A DNA stretch of 64,000 bases from Candidatus Omnitrophota bacterium. GTDB taxonomy: Bacteria; Omnitrophota; Gorgyraeia; Gygaellales; Profunditerraquicolaceae. Both the position numbers and the translations under genes were made by a program. Each line of letters starts with the position of its first letter. The first letter of the stretch is position 1. The stretch is from the NCBI GenBank assembly GCA_026416665.1, contig JAOAET010000051.1, forward strand, positions 75,800 to 139,799, given 5' to 3'. The notes beneath the pieces are model-generated. The model made no database searches and was not told the DNA's origin. It saw only the letters and a program-made list of their open reading frames with translations. Positions 53,446 through 63,541 of the stretch are shown here, one piece after another.

Positions 53446-55032
53446 TTATAGTTTTATCGCCTTTACTTCGAGAATATTATCAATTTGTTTAAGTTGATTA
53501 AGTATCTCGGGAGTTACTGGACTATCTATATTTAGGATACTAATTGCCTCTCCTCCGGGTTGTTTTCTACCGAATACCATTGCCGCAATATTTATGTTGT
53601 GCCTACCCATAAGTGTTCCTACATTTCCGATTATCCCGGGAACATCCCAGTTACGCATAACCAACAAGTGGCCAAAAGGTGAAGCCTCTACATAAACACC
53701 ATCAATCTTAACAATACGAGGTTCCCGCTTAGGCGAAAGGGTGGCAGCAAAAGATTTAGTCATCTTATCTGATTTAAGAGTAATTGTAACCAGATTAATA
53801 AACTCTTCATCAGCAGGAGTTTTTACTTCATTTACCCTGATACCTCTGCTTCGTGCTAAAGGAATTGCATTAATGTAATTGACTGTTTCTTTTAATATAG
53901 GATACAACAAACCTTTCATTAAAGCCATTGACAGAGAAGTTAAGTTGTACTTAGTAATTTCCCCTGAGTAACGTACCTCCACTTCATTTATCCGCCCTTC
54001 CATAATCTGCGCAGCAAAAAGACCTAATTTCTCTGCCATCACAATATAAGGTTTAAGTAGCTTATAAAGCTCTGCATCAATAGAGGGATAATTGGCAGCA
54101 TTGCGCACCCCTCTGCCTAACAAGAAATCTCCTACACATTCGGCTATTTCAATAGCCACGTTTACCTGTGCCTCTTCAGTAGATGCTCCCAAGTGGCAAG
54201 TAACTATTACATTCTCTAATTTAAACAATTCATTATCTGCGGAAGGCGGTTCAATTTCAAAGACATCTAAAGCTGCACCCGCCAAGTGCCCTGATATAAG
54301 ACTTTTTATTAAGGCTTTTTCATCAATAATTCCTCCCCGCGCGCAATTAATTATTCGGGCACCTTTTTTCATTAGAGATAGCTCTTTCTCTGAAATCATG
54401 TATTGGGTCTCTTCAGTCAGTGGAACATGAACAGTTACAAAATCTGAGCTTTTAAGTAGTTCCTCTAACCCCACTACTTCTATACCATACTGCTCAGCGG
54501 TCTCTCGTGGCAGATACGGGTCATAACCTTTTATTTTCATCCCAAAAGAGATTGCCCTACGTGCTACCTCACGGCCAATACGTCCGAGTCCAATAATACC
54601 TAAAGTCTTATTATAAAGTTCCACCCCCATAAATTTTGAACGTTTCCATTCACCCTTTTTTGTAGATACATGTGCCTGGGGAATATTCCGCGCCAAGGCA
54701 AGTAGAAGACTCATAGTATGTTCGCAGGTAGATATAGTATTACCTGCCGGAGCGTTCATCACCACAATGCCACGTTCAGTGGCTGCTTCTAAATCTACAT
54801 TGTCAAGCCCCACTCCTGCTCTTCCAATTACCTTAAGATTTTTGGCTGCTTCAATAATTTCCCTGGTAACTCTTGTAGCACTGCGCACAAGAAGGGCATC
54901 GTATTCTACAATAATCTCTTTTAACTGCTCAGGTTTTAGCCCAGTTTTTACATCAACCTGAAACTGGCTTTTTTCTTTAAGAATATTCAAGCCTTCATCT
55001 GAAAGTGAATCGCTTACTAAAATCTTAAACAT
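53446..55032 (-). CDS. serA: D-3-phosphoglycerate dehydrogenase (with C-terminal ASB/ACT domains)
   Basis: KILVSDSLSDEGL..., NAD-binding GLGRIGREVA, C-terminal ACT. GTG at 55038 or ATG at 55032 after SD AGAGGAG. Confidence 0.92.
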   Translation of the reverse strand: MFKILVSDSLSDEGLNILKEKSQFQVDVKTGLKPEQLKEIIVEYDALLVRSATRVTREIIEAAKNLKVIGRAGVGLDNVDLEAATERGIVVMNAPAGNTISTCEHTMSLLLALARNIPQAHVSTKKGEWKRSKFMGVELYNKTLGIIGLGRIGREVARRAISFGMKIKGYDPYLPRETAEQYGIEVVGLEELLKSSDFVTVHVPLTEETQYMISEKELSLMKKGARIINCARGGIIDEKALIKSLISGHLAGAALDVFEIEPPSADNELFKLENVIVTCHLGASTEEAQVNVAIEIAECVGDFLLGRGVRNAANYPSIDAELYKLLKPYIVMAEKLGLFAAQIMEGRINEVEVRYSGEITKYNLTSLSMALMKGLLYPILKETVNYINAIPLARSRGIRVNEVKTPADEEFINLVTITLKSDKMTKSFAATLSPKREPRIVKIDGVYVEASPFGHLLVMRNWDVPGIIGNVGTLMGRHNINIAAMVFGRKQPGGEAISILNIDSPVTPEILNQLKQIDNILEVKAIKL

Positions 55033-55156
55033 ACCCACTCCTCTTTCTCTATAATTGACTTTAGAGTTTCAATCTTCAAAAAACTTCCCATACACTTTTT
55101 TAAAAAACCTTATAAGATAATATATAAACTAAGGAAGGCTAAACCCAAGAAAATGT

Positions 55157-55185
55157 ATTATAACTACTTATTAGAATTGTTGCAA
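55157..55185 (-). promoter_or_regulatory. Sigma70-like promoter upstream of serA (-35 TTGCAA, 17 bp, -10 TATAAT)
   Basis: Read on the minus strand in the serC-like/serA intergenic region. Confidence 0.35.
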
Positions 55186-55201
55186 GTATAAAAAGTAAAG
55201 A

Positions 55202-56344
55202 CTACTTCTGTGCAAAAACTTGCTGCGCAGCACTTACCCCGGCTCCTAATTGAAAGCTTTTATAACCCATTTCATAAAGAACTTTCTCAAGGCAGGCAAT
55301 AGCAGTGATAATATCAAATTCACCAATATAACCCATATGCGCAATACGAAAGAGCTTACCCTTCATCTCAGATTGACCACCTGCAATGGTAACTCCGTAG
55401 GTATCGCGCATTGTCTTAACTAATTTTTCTCCATCTATACCTACAGGAACTTTTACTGCGGTTACCACATCAGAATAAGCTTGAGGGCTAAAAAGTTCAA
55501 GCCCTAAAGCTTTTATCGCTTCTCTTGTTGCTTGGGCCATTTTACGGTGCCAGCTAAATACCTGTTCAAGCCCTTCTTTTTTTATTAGACGAATAGCCTC
55601 ATTTAAAGCAATAATTAAACCGATAGCCGGTGTCCAAGGTGTGTCGGTCTTATCGTATGCCTTTTTGGCTTCACCTAGATCAAAGTAGTACTTAGGAAGT
55701 TTTGAGTCCTTTTGTAACTTCCAGGCCTTAGCACTTACTGAGATAAAACCCAATCCAGGAGGAAGCATCAGCCCTTTTTGTGACCCAGAAACTACTACAT
55801 CACAATGCCATTCATCTGTTTTTAACTCAATGGCACCCAGACCACTGATAGCATCCACTACCAAAATAGCATCCGTATCTTTAACAATTTCACCAATAGA
55901 TTTAATATCTTCAGCCACACCTGTAGAAGTCTCACACAAGGTTGTAAAAACTGCTTTAATTTTTTTATTTTGCCTTAATTTTTCTGCAATGTCTTTAGGA
56001 TCTACGGTCTTGCCCCAAGCGACCTTGATAACTTCACAATTGACTCTGTAAGCAGAACAAATTTCTGTCCAACGCTCACCAAATTTCCCTGCTTCTACAG
56101 TAATAACAGTATCATCTGCTGATAAGAAATTAACCACAGCTGCCTCCATTGCCCCCGTTCCTGAAGAAGCTAAGATAAATACCTCGTTTTTAGTCTGAAA
56201 TACGTATTGTAAACCACTATGTGCTTCTTTTAGTATCTCTTGAAATTGTGGGGTGCGATGGTGGATAATTGGACGTGAAAGTGCTTCACATACTTCGGGT
56301 GGAAGTGGCGTTGGCCCAGGGGTTAAAAGATAATTTTTTTTCAT
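55202..56344 (-). CDS. Class V aminotransferase (phosphoserine / serine-pyruvate aminotransferase family)
   Basis: PLP-fold class V pattern, conserved Lys region (SGSQKGLMLPPGLGF). Adjacent to serA, which suggests a SerC role. Confidence 0.75.
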   Translation of the reverse strand: MKKNYLLTPGPTPLPPEVCEALSRPIIHHRTPQFQEILKEAHSGLQYVFQTKNEVFILASSGTGAMEAAVVNFLSADDTVITVEAGKFGERWTEICSAYRVNCEVIKVAWGKTVDPKDIAEKLRQNKKIKAVFTTLCETSTGVAEDIKSIGEIVKDTDAILVVDAISGLGAIELKTDEWHCDVVVSGSQKGLMLPPGLGFISVSAKAWKLQKDSKLPKYYFDLGEAKKAYDKTDTPWTPAIGLIIALNEAIRLIKKEGLEQVFSWHRKMAQATREAIKALGLELFSPQAYSDVVTAVKVPVGIDGEKLVKTMRDTYGVTIAGGQSEMKGKLFRIAHMGYIGEFDIITAIACLEKVLYEMGYKSFQLGAGVSAAQQVFAQK

Positions 56345-56373
56345 TACTTCTCCTTTTTAACTCTAGGAAATAA

Positions 56374-56979
56374 TTAAATTTTCTTTCCAGTTAATACCTC
56401 ATCTACTAAACCGTATGTTTTCGCTTCCAACGAGGACATAAAAAAGTCACGGTCAGTATCTTTTTGTATTTTCTCTAATGGCTGTCCTGTATGATGGGCA
56501 AGGATTTCATTTATTTTATCACGCATCTTTAGGATCTCGGTTGCCTGACGGGAGATATCCTCTGCTGCTCCTTGCACTCCACCCCATGGTTGATGAATCA
56601 TTATGCGTGAGTTAGGTAGAGAAAACCGTTTACCTTTTGTCCCTGCACTTAGAAGAACTGCCCCCATACTTGCGGCCATTCCTACACAATAGGTAGCCAC
56701 GTCTGGTTTTACAAACTGTATTGTGTCATAAATAGCTAAACCCGCAGTAACTGAGCCTCCCGGAGAGTTTATGTAGATATTTATATCTTTGTGGGGATCT
56801 TCCATCTGTAGAAAAAGCATCTGGGCAATAACTAAATTTGCCACAGTATCGTCTATAGCTGTGCCAATAAAAATAATCCTATCTTTAAGCAAACGGGAAT
56901 AGATATCGTAAGCCCGTTCAAAACCCCGTGGGGTCTGCTCAATAACCATTGGAACCAGATGTTGATTGTAAGTAATCAT
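56374..56979 (-). CDS. clpP: ATP-dependent Clp protease proteolytic subunit
   Basis: [24 protein letters not shown], catalytic Ser (GMAASMG), His, Asp. SD GGGAGGAG. Confidence 0.95.
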   Translation of the reverse strand: MITYNQHLVPMVIEQTPRGFERAYDIYSRLLKDRIIFIGTAIDDTVANLVIAQMLFLQMEDPHKDINIYINSPGGSVTAGLAIYDTIQFVKPDVATYCVGMAASMGAVLLSAGTKGKRFSLPNSRIMIHQPWGGVQGAAEDISRQATEILKMRDKINEILAHHTGQPLEKIQKDTDRDFFMSSLEAKTYGLVDEVLTGKKI

Positions 56980-57036
56980 GCTCTCCTCCCTAACTTAACC
57001 TACTCAATTTCTTAATTATTTTTTAACTTTCCCCTC

Positions 57037-57894
57037 TTAATTGTTTACGGGAATTATAGAAACAATGACCTGATGGGTATTTGCTGGGCTAGTTAATTTC
57101 AGGGCAGTATCATTTTTCCAATAAACTTCAATCTTTAACTGCTTAGGGAATTCTCCTTTAAAATGTTCTTTCACCAATAAAACACTTCCCGCCATAGTCG
57201 GGTCGTATACTTGAGTTACTTTCTCTTCTGTTCCATCAGGTATTGTCATCGTAATATAACCTAACTGTTTCTTTGCTTCTGCATCCAAAGGCTCTACTTC
57301 TCCTATTAATTCACCTATATCTTTTCCATTGACCTTTATTTTTGAAAAAACTGTTCCTCCTTTAAACAATTGTTTAGTAGTACCATGCCAACTGTCACAT
57401 AAACAAGGGAAAGGATAGTACAATCCATCTTTTTTCTTAACCTTTTCTTTACCATCTATAATACAGGTTGTATCATACTCATCGGGTCTTTGTCCTTCTA
57501 CACGAATAACCCAGTTAATTTGTACTTTTATTGCCTTGCGATTTTCTTTCTCTAGAGATACCTCAAAGGATAAATCATCTATCTTGACGAAATCTGTTTG
57601 AGCACCAGGTATAAAAGCTAAACTAATTCCTTCTTTTGTCTTCTCATCATAAACCTTAAGAAGTTTTTCTTTACAAGCAGTATGTCCTTTAGTAACAGAC
57701 TTAGGAATTGCTTCTGTAAATAAAGGATAACGCGCTGGACCAAGGGATATGTCTTGTTGACCGACTTTTTGTTCAAGTCTTGGCATATCCACAGCAGGCG
57801 AGGTAGCAACAGAAGGCTGGGCATAAAGGGAAGTTAAAAGACTGCTTGAAAAAAGAAATATTCCAATAAATAAAAATATTTTCAACTGTTTCAT
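57037..57894 (-). CDS. Secreted hypothetical protein
   Basis: Signal peptide MKQLKIFLFIGIFLFSSSLLTSLYAQP, several Cys, no recognisable family. SD GGGAGG upstream. Confidence 0.5.
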   Translation of the reverse strand: MKQLKIFLFIGIFLFSSSLLTSLYAQPSVATSPAVDMPRLEQKVGQQDISLGPARYPLFTEAIPKSVTKGHTACKEKLLKVYDEKTKEGISLAFIPGAQTDFVKIDDLSFEVSLEKENRKAIKVQINWVIRVEGQRPDEYDTTCIIDGKEKVKKKDGLYYPFPCLCDSWHGTTKQLFKGGTVFSKIKVNGKDIGELIGEVEPLDAEAKKQLGYITMTIPDGTEEKVTQVYDPTMAGSVLLVKEHFKGEFPKQLKIEVYWKNDTALKLTSPANTHQVIVSIIPVNN

Positions 57895-57960
57895 ATCGCC
57901 TCCCTAAAATCTTTTGTGGTTAATATGCTTTTTGAAGTATGAAGATTACCTCGAAAAACC

Positions 57961-58836
57961 CTATTCTATCTTCCACTGAGCATTTTTCCATAAGAATTCT
58001 AAACCCCGTTGGGTCAATTGCTCATCCATTGGTATTTTCTCACGTTTTGCTATTTCTGCAAGCACTAAATAAACCTTTACTTCATCTTGAACCTCAGGCA
58101 ACAGGCGTTTTTTGATTTCTTCTGTATTTTTCTCTATTTCCTCGGCATCTACTCCCTTTAAAGCTAAATCTAATTTTACTTGACGTAGTCTTTTCTGAAG
58201 GTGTTTATTGACTAATGACTGAGGAAGTGCCACTTTAACGGATTTGGTTAAAAAATCAAAAACTTGTTCCTGCAAATCCTCTCTTTGCTTATGTTCCTTT
58301 TGGGCAGCAAGCTGAATTTTTAAAGCCTCTTCTAGTTCAGCTAATGTTGGATAACCTAACGAACGTGCAAAATTATCATCTATTATCTCAGCTTTTCGCG
58401 ATTCCTTTAGAAAATCAATACTACGTTTAACTTCTTCTACTGTAACAGCTATTTTTTTATAAGTTAGCGGTATGCCTTTATAATTTTTTAATTCAATCTG
58501 TGGAGCAATCTCAACTTTCGCTCTAAAAGAAATGTGGTTGCGGTCAAGTTTAACATCCTTGACCTCAAGTAGTGTTACCACATGTAAATTATGCTGTTGA
58601 TATACCTGCTCAAGTATTTGAGGAATAAGCTCCTCTGCCACTTTTTCGTAGGCAAAGTTTGAGTATTCCTTCTCTACTAAATGCCGCGGGGCATGGCCAG
58701 GCCTAAAACCTTTTATCTTCGCCTGTGAACTTATCTTACCAAAAACCTCTTCAAATTTATCTTTAACTACTTCTTCGCTTGTTTCAACAACCAATTCAAT
58801 TGTCGTAGCATCAAGTTTTTTTATTTCCGAACGCAT
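57961..58836 (-). CDS. tig: Trigger factor, short form lacking the FKBP-type PPIase domain
   Basis: Ribosome-binding signature GFRPGHAP in the N-domain, C-terminal arm-like helices, only 291 aa. Classic tig...clpP neighbourhood. SD GAGGAG. Confidence 0.75.
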   Translation of the reverse strand: MRSEIKKLDATTIELVVETSEEVVKDKFEEVFGKISSQAKIKGFRPGHAPRHLVEKEYSNFAYEKVAEELIPQILEQVYQQHNLHVVTLLEVKDVKLDRNHISFRAKVEIAPQIELKNYKGIPLTYKKIAVTVEEVKRSIDFLKESRKAEIIDDNFARSLGYPTLAELEEALKIQLAAQKEHKQREDLQEQVFDFLTKSVKVALPQSLVNKHLQKRLRQVKLDLALKGVDAEEIEKNTEEIKKRLLPEVQDEVKVYLVLAEIAKREKIPMDEQLTQRGLEFLWKNAQWKIE

Positions 58837-58856
58837 CTGCTCCTCACTTTTTATAA

Positions 58857-59579
58857 CTACAAGGAAAATTTCTCACCTAGATAAATCTCCCTTGCTTTTG
58901 GGTTATTAATTAATTCCTCTGCACTTCCAGAAATAAGAATTTTTCCTTCGGCAATCAAATATGCCCTGTCAGTAATAGATAATGTCTCACGAACATTATG
59001 GTCAGTCAAAAGTACACCCAGTCCTTTGTTACGAAGGTCTTTAATGATTTCTTGCGCCTCACCTACAATAATTGGGTCAATACCTGAAAAAGGTTCATCC
59101 AGAAGAATAAAAGAAGGATTGGTAACCAGTGCCCGAGTAATTTCTAATCTCCGCCTTTCTCCTCCAGAAAGTGTATACGCCTTATTATTCGCCAAATGGG
59201 TAATCTTAAGCTCTTCTAATAAAGACTCAAGTCGTCTTCTACGTTCTCTACGTCCAATAGGTAGTGTCTCAAGAATCGCCATTATATTTTCACGTACAGT
59301 TAGTTTCCTAAAAATAGATGGTTCTTGAGATAAATATGCAATACCAAAACGAGCACGTTCATGTATGGGAAGCCTAGTGATATCGGTATTATCAAATATA
59401 ATTTTACCACTGGTAGGTGGGATAATTCCTACTATCATATAGAAAGTAGTAGTCTTTCCTGCACCATTGGGACCAAGCAGTCCAACAATCTCTTGGCGTT
59501 TTACTACCATATCTACCTTATCTACGACTAATCTTCCGTCATAGGTTTTGGAGAGACCTTTTATCTCAAGTAAATGCAT
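58857..59579 (-). CDS. lptB: LPS export ABC transporter ATP-binding protein
   Basis: Walker A GPNGAGKTTTF, ABC signature LSGGERRRLEI, 240 aa. Position downstream of the LptC/A-like gene. Confidence 0.88.
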   Translation of the reverse strand: MHLLEIKGLSKTYDGRLVVDKVDMVVKRQEIVGLLGPNGAGKTTTFYMIVGIIPPTSGKIIFDNTDITRLPIHERARFGIAYLSQEPSIFRKLTVRENIMAILETLPIGRRERRRRLESLLEELKITHLANNKAYTLSGGERRRLEITRALVTNPSFILLDEPFSGIDPIIVGEAQEIIKDLRNKGLGVLLTDHNVRETLSITDRAYLIAEGKILISGSAEELINNPKAREIYLGEKFSL

Positions 59580-59580
59580 A

Positions 59581-60480
59581 TTATTCCTTTTCTGTTTCTA
59601 TAACAAGCTGCGGACTGCCCGAAAGAACCAGCTTTTTATCTTTTAACGTATAAATTGCCTCATTACTGAAAGAACAGTTCCCGTCCTTAGTAATACGCAC
59701 ATTCTGCCGCGCAATAATCTTTTCTACTTTAGAACTATTGATTCCTTCTGACTGTGGATGGTTTGGTAAGTTTTGCTTCCCTGAAAAAAATACTTCCAAG
59801 GTATCGCTTTCCATTACTGCTTCTGGTAATACGACTTTAACATTTTTAGTAAAAAGTGCACGGTTATGCAAAGTATCTATTTCTAAAGGCCCTTCACAGG
59901 TGATGCTAATAGTATTGGTTTTTTTTAAGGCAGAGTCAACATGTTGTATCTCTGGCTCTTTTGAACTGGTGTTTTCAGGGAATTCAACTTTTACATCTTT
60001 TTCTAAACTAACCAATCGCATATCCTGCTGTGCGCATATCCCCACCCCTTTTATATCTACATCATTTGCCCGAATATTGACTGGCTGTTTAGTCCAGACT
60101 ATTTTCTGCTGTCTATCCCAATCAAGTTGCTGTGTCTCCAAAGCAATTCCTGTGGAAGTCTTCACTACTACATTCTCCTTCAAAGAAATGTTACCCTGCG
60201 CCCGATCAAAATCACCTTTTTTAGCAGTCACTGCAACCGTTTGATTGGTGTCGTAAAGGATGCTTTCTACATCCGTCAGACTTACTTTAGTCCCATTAAT
60301 ATCTGCCTGTCTTCCCATTAAATCCCATTCTTTCTGTCCATCTTTGTTGTACCCAAATAAAGTGAAATTACTTATCTGTTGTTGTAACGAGTCTTCAGCA
60401 TCTGATGCAAAAAAAGGCAAAATCCATATTAGACTTATTAAAAAAAATATTTTAAAATTTAAAAACTTATTATAAGTCAT
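59581..60480 (-). CDS. LptC/LptA-family (OstA-like) periplasmic LPS transport protein, possibly fused
   Basis: N-terminal TM anchor then OstA-like beta-jellyroll repeats. Single 299-aa gene occupies the lptC-lptA slot between kdsC and lptB. Confidence 0.6.
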   Translation of the reverse strand: MTYNKFLNFKIFFLISLIWILPFFASDAEDSLQQQISNFTLFGYNKDGQKEWDLMGRQADINGTKVSLTDVESILYDTNQTVAVTAKKGDFDRAQGNISLKENVVVKTSTGIALETQQLDWDRQQKIVWTKQPVNIRANDVDIKGVGICAQQDMRLVSLEKDVKVEFPENTSSKEPEIQHVDSALKKTNTISITCEGPLEIDTLHNRALFTKNVKVVLPEAVMESDTLEVFFSGKQNLPNHPQSEGINSSKVEKIIARQNVRITKDGNCSFSNEAIYTLKDKKLVLSGSPQLVIETEKE

Positions 60481-60997
60481 AAAGCTTAAGTATATCTGAC
60501 CACTTCTGTTGTGTTTTAAGAATAAGTTCTGCTACCTCTCTAACTGCCCCTCTACCTCCCTGATGCTCTGTTACATAGTGTGCAAGACTTTTTACTTCTG
60601 AACAGGCATTAGCCACTGCCACAGCAAATCCGACTCTTTTCATCAAACAAATATCTACTAAATCATCTCCTACAAAACAAAGTTCTTGGGTAGTTAAACG
60701 ATATCTACGTAACACCTTCTCTAATATTTTTGTCTTCGGTGAAACATCTGCAAACACCGCAGCTACCTGCATATCGCGTGCCCGCGGTCTAATTGCGCGT
60801 GAACCTTTGGCGGTAACTAAAATAGTCGGAATCCCTGCTTTTTTCAACGCATAAACTCCCATTCCATCATGAACATCAAAAAATTTCATATCTGTTCCGT
60901 GACAGTCGTAAATAATGCGCCCATCAGTTAATACACCATCTACATCGAGCAAAAGAAGACGTACCTTCTTAACACGATTAATCAAAACATCATCCAT
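60470..60997 (-). CDS. kdsC: 3-deoxy-D-manno-octulosonate 8-phosphate phosphatase (HAD IIIA)
   Basis: LLLDVDGVLTDGRIIY HAD motif I, 175 aa. Confidence 0.9.
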   Translation of the reverse strand: MDDVLINRVKKVRLLLLDVDGVLTDGRIIYDCHGTDMKFFDVHDGMGVYALKKAGIPTILVTAKGSRAIRPRARDMQVAAVFADVSPKTKILEKVLRRYRLTTQELCFVGDDLVDICLMKRVGFAVAVANACSEVKSLAHYVTEHQGGRGAVREVAELILKTQQKWSDILKLYDL

Positions 60998-60999
60998 GG

Positions 61000-61974
61000 T
61001 TATATAACCCCTGCACGTAAGATGTCCTGCACGTCTAATAACCCAACGGGTCTATTTCGTTTATCTACTACCGGAACTTCATCAATCTTTTTCTCTTCCA
61101 GAATCCTTAATGCCTCACAGGCAAGACGGTCATAGCGAATAACAAAGGGATTCCTAGTCATTACCTCTTTAATCTTGCGCTGTGGTAACTGTGAATCTAT
61201 CTCAAGGTGTCTGCGTAAATCTCCGTCAGTAAATATCCCAACTAATCTGCCATATCTGTCAACCACACTGGCAGCGCCAGCGCGTGCCTGCGTAATTTTA
61301 ACTAAAACATCCGCCACAGGCATTTCCATATTCACCACAGGATTATGTTTACCTGTACGCATAATATCTGAGACTTTTAATAAAAGTCTTTTGCCTAATG
61401 CACCACCGGGATGAAAAAAAGCGAAATCCTTTTCTTTGAACCCCTTTCTCTCCAATAAACATACTGCCAGGGCATCGCACATTGCCAAACAAGCAGTAGT
61501 AGAGGCAGTTGGTGCTAAATTAAAAGGACAGGCCTCTTTTTTTACCGAAACATTTAAAACTACATCACTGTATTTTGCCAAATCAGACTTCAAATTGCCA
61601 GTTAATGCAACAATCTTTGCACCGATTTTCTTAAGAAAAGGTAAGAGTTGTCTTACCTCTTGGGTTGAGCCACTATTAGAAAGAATCACTACTACATCAT
61701 CAGAGGTAACCTTACCTAAATCTCCATGTGCTGCCTCTGCAAGATGCAGAAATAAACTGGGTGTTCCTGTTGAAGCTAAGGTTGCGGAAAACTTTTGGGC
61801 AATAATACCGGTCTTTCCCATTCCACTAACTACTACTCTGCCCCTACAAGACACCATCAAATCTAATGCCTTGCAGAATTCTTCTTTCAGCCGTTTCTTA
61901 AGAGCAAGTATTGCCTGCGCTTCAATATTTAAAACTTCTTTTGCACGCTCTATCTGATTCTTCTTCATAGACAT
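61000..61974 (-). CDS. kdsD: Arabinose-5-phosphate isomerase (SIS plus tandem CBS)
   Basis: SIS motif GRVVVSGMGKTGIIAQKFSATLASTGTPS, C-terminal CBS pair. Confidence 0.9.
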   Translation of the reverse strand: MSMKKNQIERAKEVLNIEAQAILALKKRLKEEFCKALDLMVSCRGRVVVSGMGKTGIIAQKFSATLASTGTPSLFLHLAEAAHGDLGKVTSDDVVVILSNSGSTQEVRQLLPFLKKIGAKIVALTGNLKSDLAKYSDVVLNVSVKKEACPFNLAPTASTTACLAMCDALAVCLLERKGFKEKDFAFFHPGGALGKRLLLKVSDIMRTGKHNPVVNMEMPVADVLVKITQARAGAASVVDRYGRLVGIFTDGDLRRHLEIDSQLPQRKIKEVMTRNPFVIRYDRLACEALRILEEKKIDEVPVVDKRNRPVGLLDVQDILRAGVI

Positions 61975-62780
61975 TGTTTAATTTTTTTCACCTGGCGTAA
62001 AATTATTTCAAGCTGTTTAGGTTCAATCATATTTGGGCCATCACAGAGTGCCTTATTCGGCTGGCTATGTACCTCAAGAAATAACCCCTGGCAACCATAA
62101 GCTACGGCTGCGCGACAAAGCGGTAAGACAAATTGCCTCTGCCCACCGGAACAACTACCTTTACCACCGGGCAGTTGAACACTATGAGTTGCATCAAAGA
62201 TAACAGGGTAACCAAATTGTGCTAAAATACCCAGACTCCTAAAATCCACAACCAGGTTATTATAGCCAAAACAAAACCCCCGTTCAGTTAAAAGTATTTG
62301 CCTGTTTGCGGTTACTTCAACCTTTTTAATAATACCTGCCATATCCCAAGGCGCAAGAAATTGAGCTTTTTTAATATTTATTACTTTACCTGTTTTTGCC
62401 GCCTCAACCACTAAATCTGTTTGCCGGCATAAAAAAGCCGGAATCTGAATAACATCCAGAATATTTTCTACCTGCTTAATTTCTTCTTTACAATGCACAT
62501 CACTTAAAATAGGAACTCCGTATTTTTGTTTTACTTTAGCTAAAATTTCTATCCCTTTTTTTAATCCTGGTCCTCGGAAACTATCTAAAGACAAACGATT
62601 TGCCTTATCATAACTTGCTTTAAAAATAAAAGGAAAACCTACATTCTCGCATACAGCTTTGATACGTCTTACCATAGAAAGACAAAAGGTCTCTGACTCA
62701 ATTACGCAAGGTCCAGCAATTATAACCAGTTCCTTAGGTCTACCTATCACAATTTTCCCAATTTGAACCTGTTGCATCAT
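61965..62780 (-). CDS. kdsA: 2-dehydro-3-deoxyphosphooctonate aldolase (Kdo8P synthase)
   Basis: DAHP-synthase-I-family TIM barrel (VIAGPCVIES..., FKASYDKANR). Confidence 0.9.
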   Translation of the reverse strand: MMQQVQIGKIVIGRPKELVIIAGPCVIESETFCLSMVRRIKAVCENVGFPFIFKASYDKANRLSLDSFRGPGLKKGIEILAKVKQKYGVPILSDVHCKEEIKQVENILDVIQIPAFLCRQTDLVVEAAKTGKVINIKKAQFLAPWDMAGIIKKVEVTANRQILLTERGFCFGYNNLVVDFRSLGILAQFGYPVIFDATHSVQLPGGKGSCSGGQRQFVLPLCRAAVAYGCQGLFLEVHSQPNKALCDGPNMIEPKQLEIILRQVKKIKQCL

Positions 62781-63541
62781 GGCTGCTGATTCTGCTTTAG
62801 ATATTTTATAACCTTTTCTATATCTTCGGGTTTATCCACCCCTATTGTATCATATTTCGTCTCTATCACCTTTATTCTATAACCATTCTCTAAGATGCGC
62901 AGTTGTTCTAACTTTTCAACTCGTTCAAGGTACGAAGGCTTCATGTTCTTATAAGTAAAAAGAAAATCTTTAGTATATGCGTAAAGACCAATGTGTTTAA
63001 AATAAAAAAGATTTTTCTCTTCAGAATTATATGCAAGGGCAGGAATAGCTAAACGAGAGAAATAAAGTGCGAAACCATTTATATCCACTATTACCTTCAC
63101 AACATTAGGATCGTTTATTTGGTCGGGTTCGGTAATCCGTTTCATAACAGTAGCACAAACTACGTCAGGATTATTAAGTATTGCGCCTGCTACCGTGTCA
63201 ATCATTGTCGGATGAATAAGAGGCTCATCTGCCTGAATATTTACGACTACCTTTACATCTAAAGGGTTAACTACTTCAGCTATCCTATCTGTTCCAGAGG
63301 CATGTGCCTTGGCTGTCATTACTACCTCTGCTCCAAATGACTCAGCAACTTCTCTTATCCTTTCATCGTCGCAGGCAATAATTAATTTCTCCAAGAGTTT
63401 ACACTGGGAAGCTCTCTGCCAGACCCATTGAATCATTGGTTTGCCTAAAATATCTGCTAAGACCTTACCTTCAAAACGGCTTGAGCCATAACGAGCAGGA
63501 ATAACCCCTATTACTTTCAGACTTTCATTTATCTTTCTCAT
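62777..63541 (-). CDS. kdsB: 3-deoxy-manno-octulosonate cytidylyltransferase (CMP-Kdo synthetase)
   Basis: IGVIPARYGSSRFEGKVLADILGKPMIQWV N-terminal signature. Confidence 0.9.
   Translation of the reverse strand: MRKINESLKVIGVIPARYGSSRFEGKVLADILGKPMIQWVWQRASQCKLLEKLIIACDDERIREVAESFGAEVVMTAKAHASGTDRIAEVVNPLDVKVVVNIQADEPLIHPTMIDTVAGAILNNPDVVCATVMKRITEPDQINDPNVVKVIVDINGFALYFSRLAIPALAYNSEEKNLFYFKHIGLYAYTKDFLFTYKNMKPSYLERVEKLEQLRILENGYRIKVIETKYDTIGVDKPEDIEKVIKYLKQNQQP

Noticed and set aside
59738-60244. 168-aa plus-strand ORF
   Set aside because: Antisense to the well-supported LptC/A-like gene. Product is Cys/Ser/Phe-rich with no motifs.
61436-61957. 173-aa plus-strand ORF
   Set aside because: Antisense to kdsD, whose SIS/CBS signatures are unambiguous.
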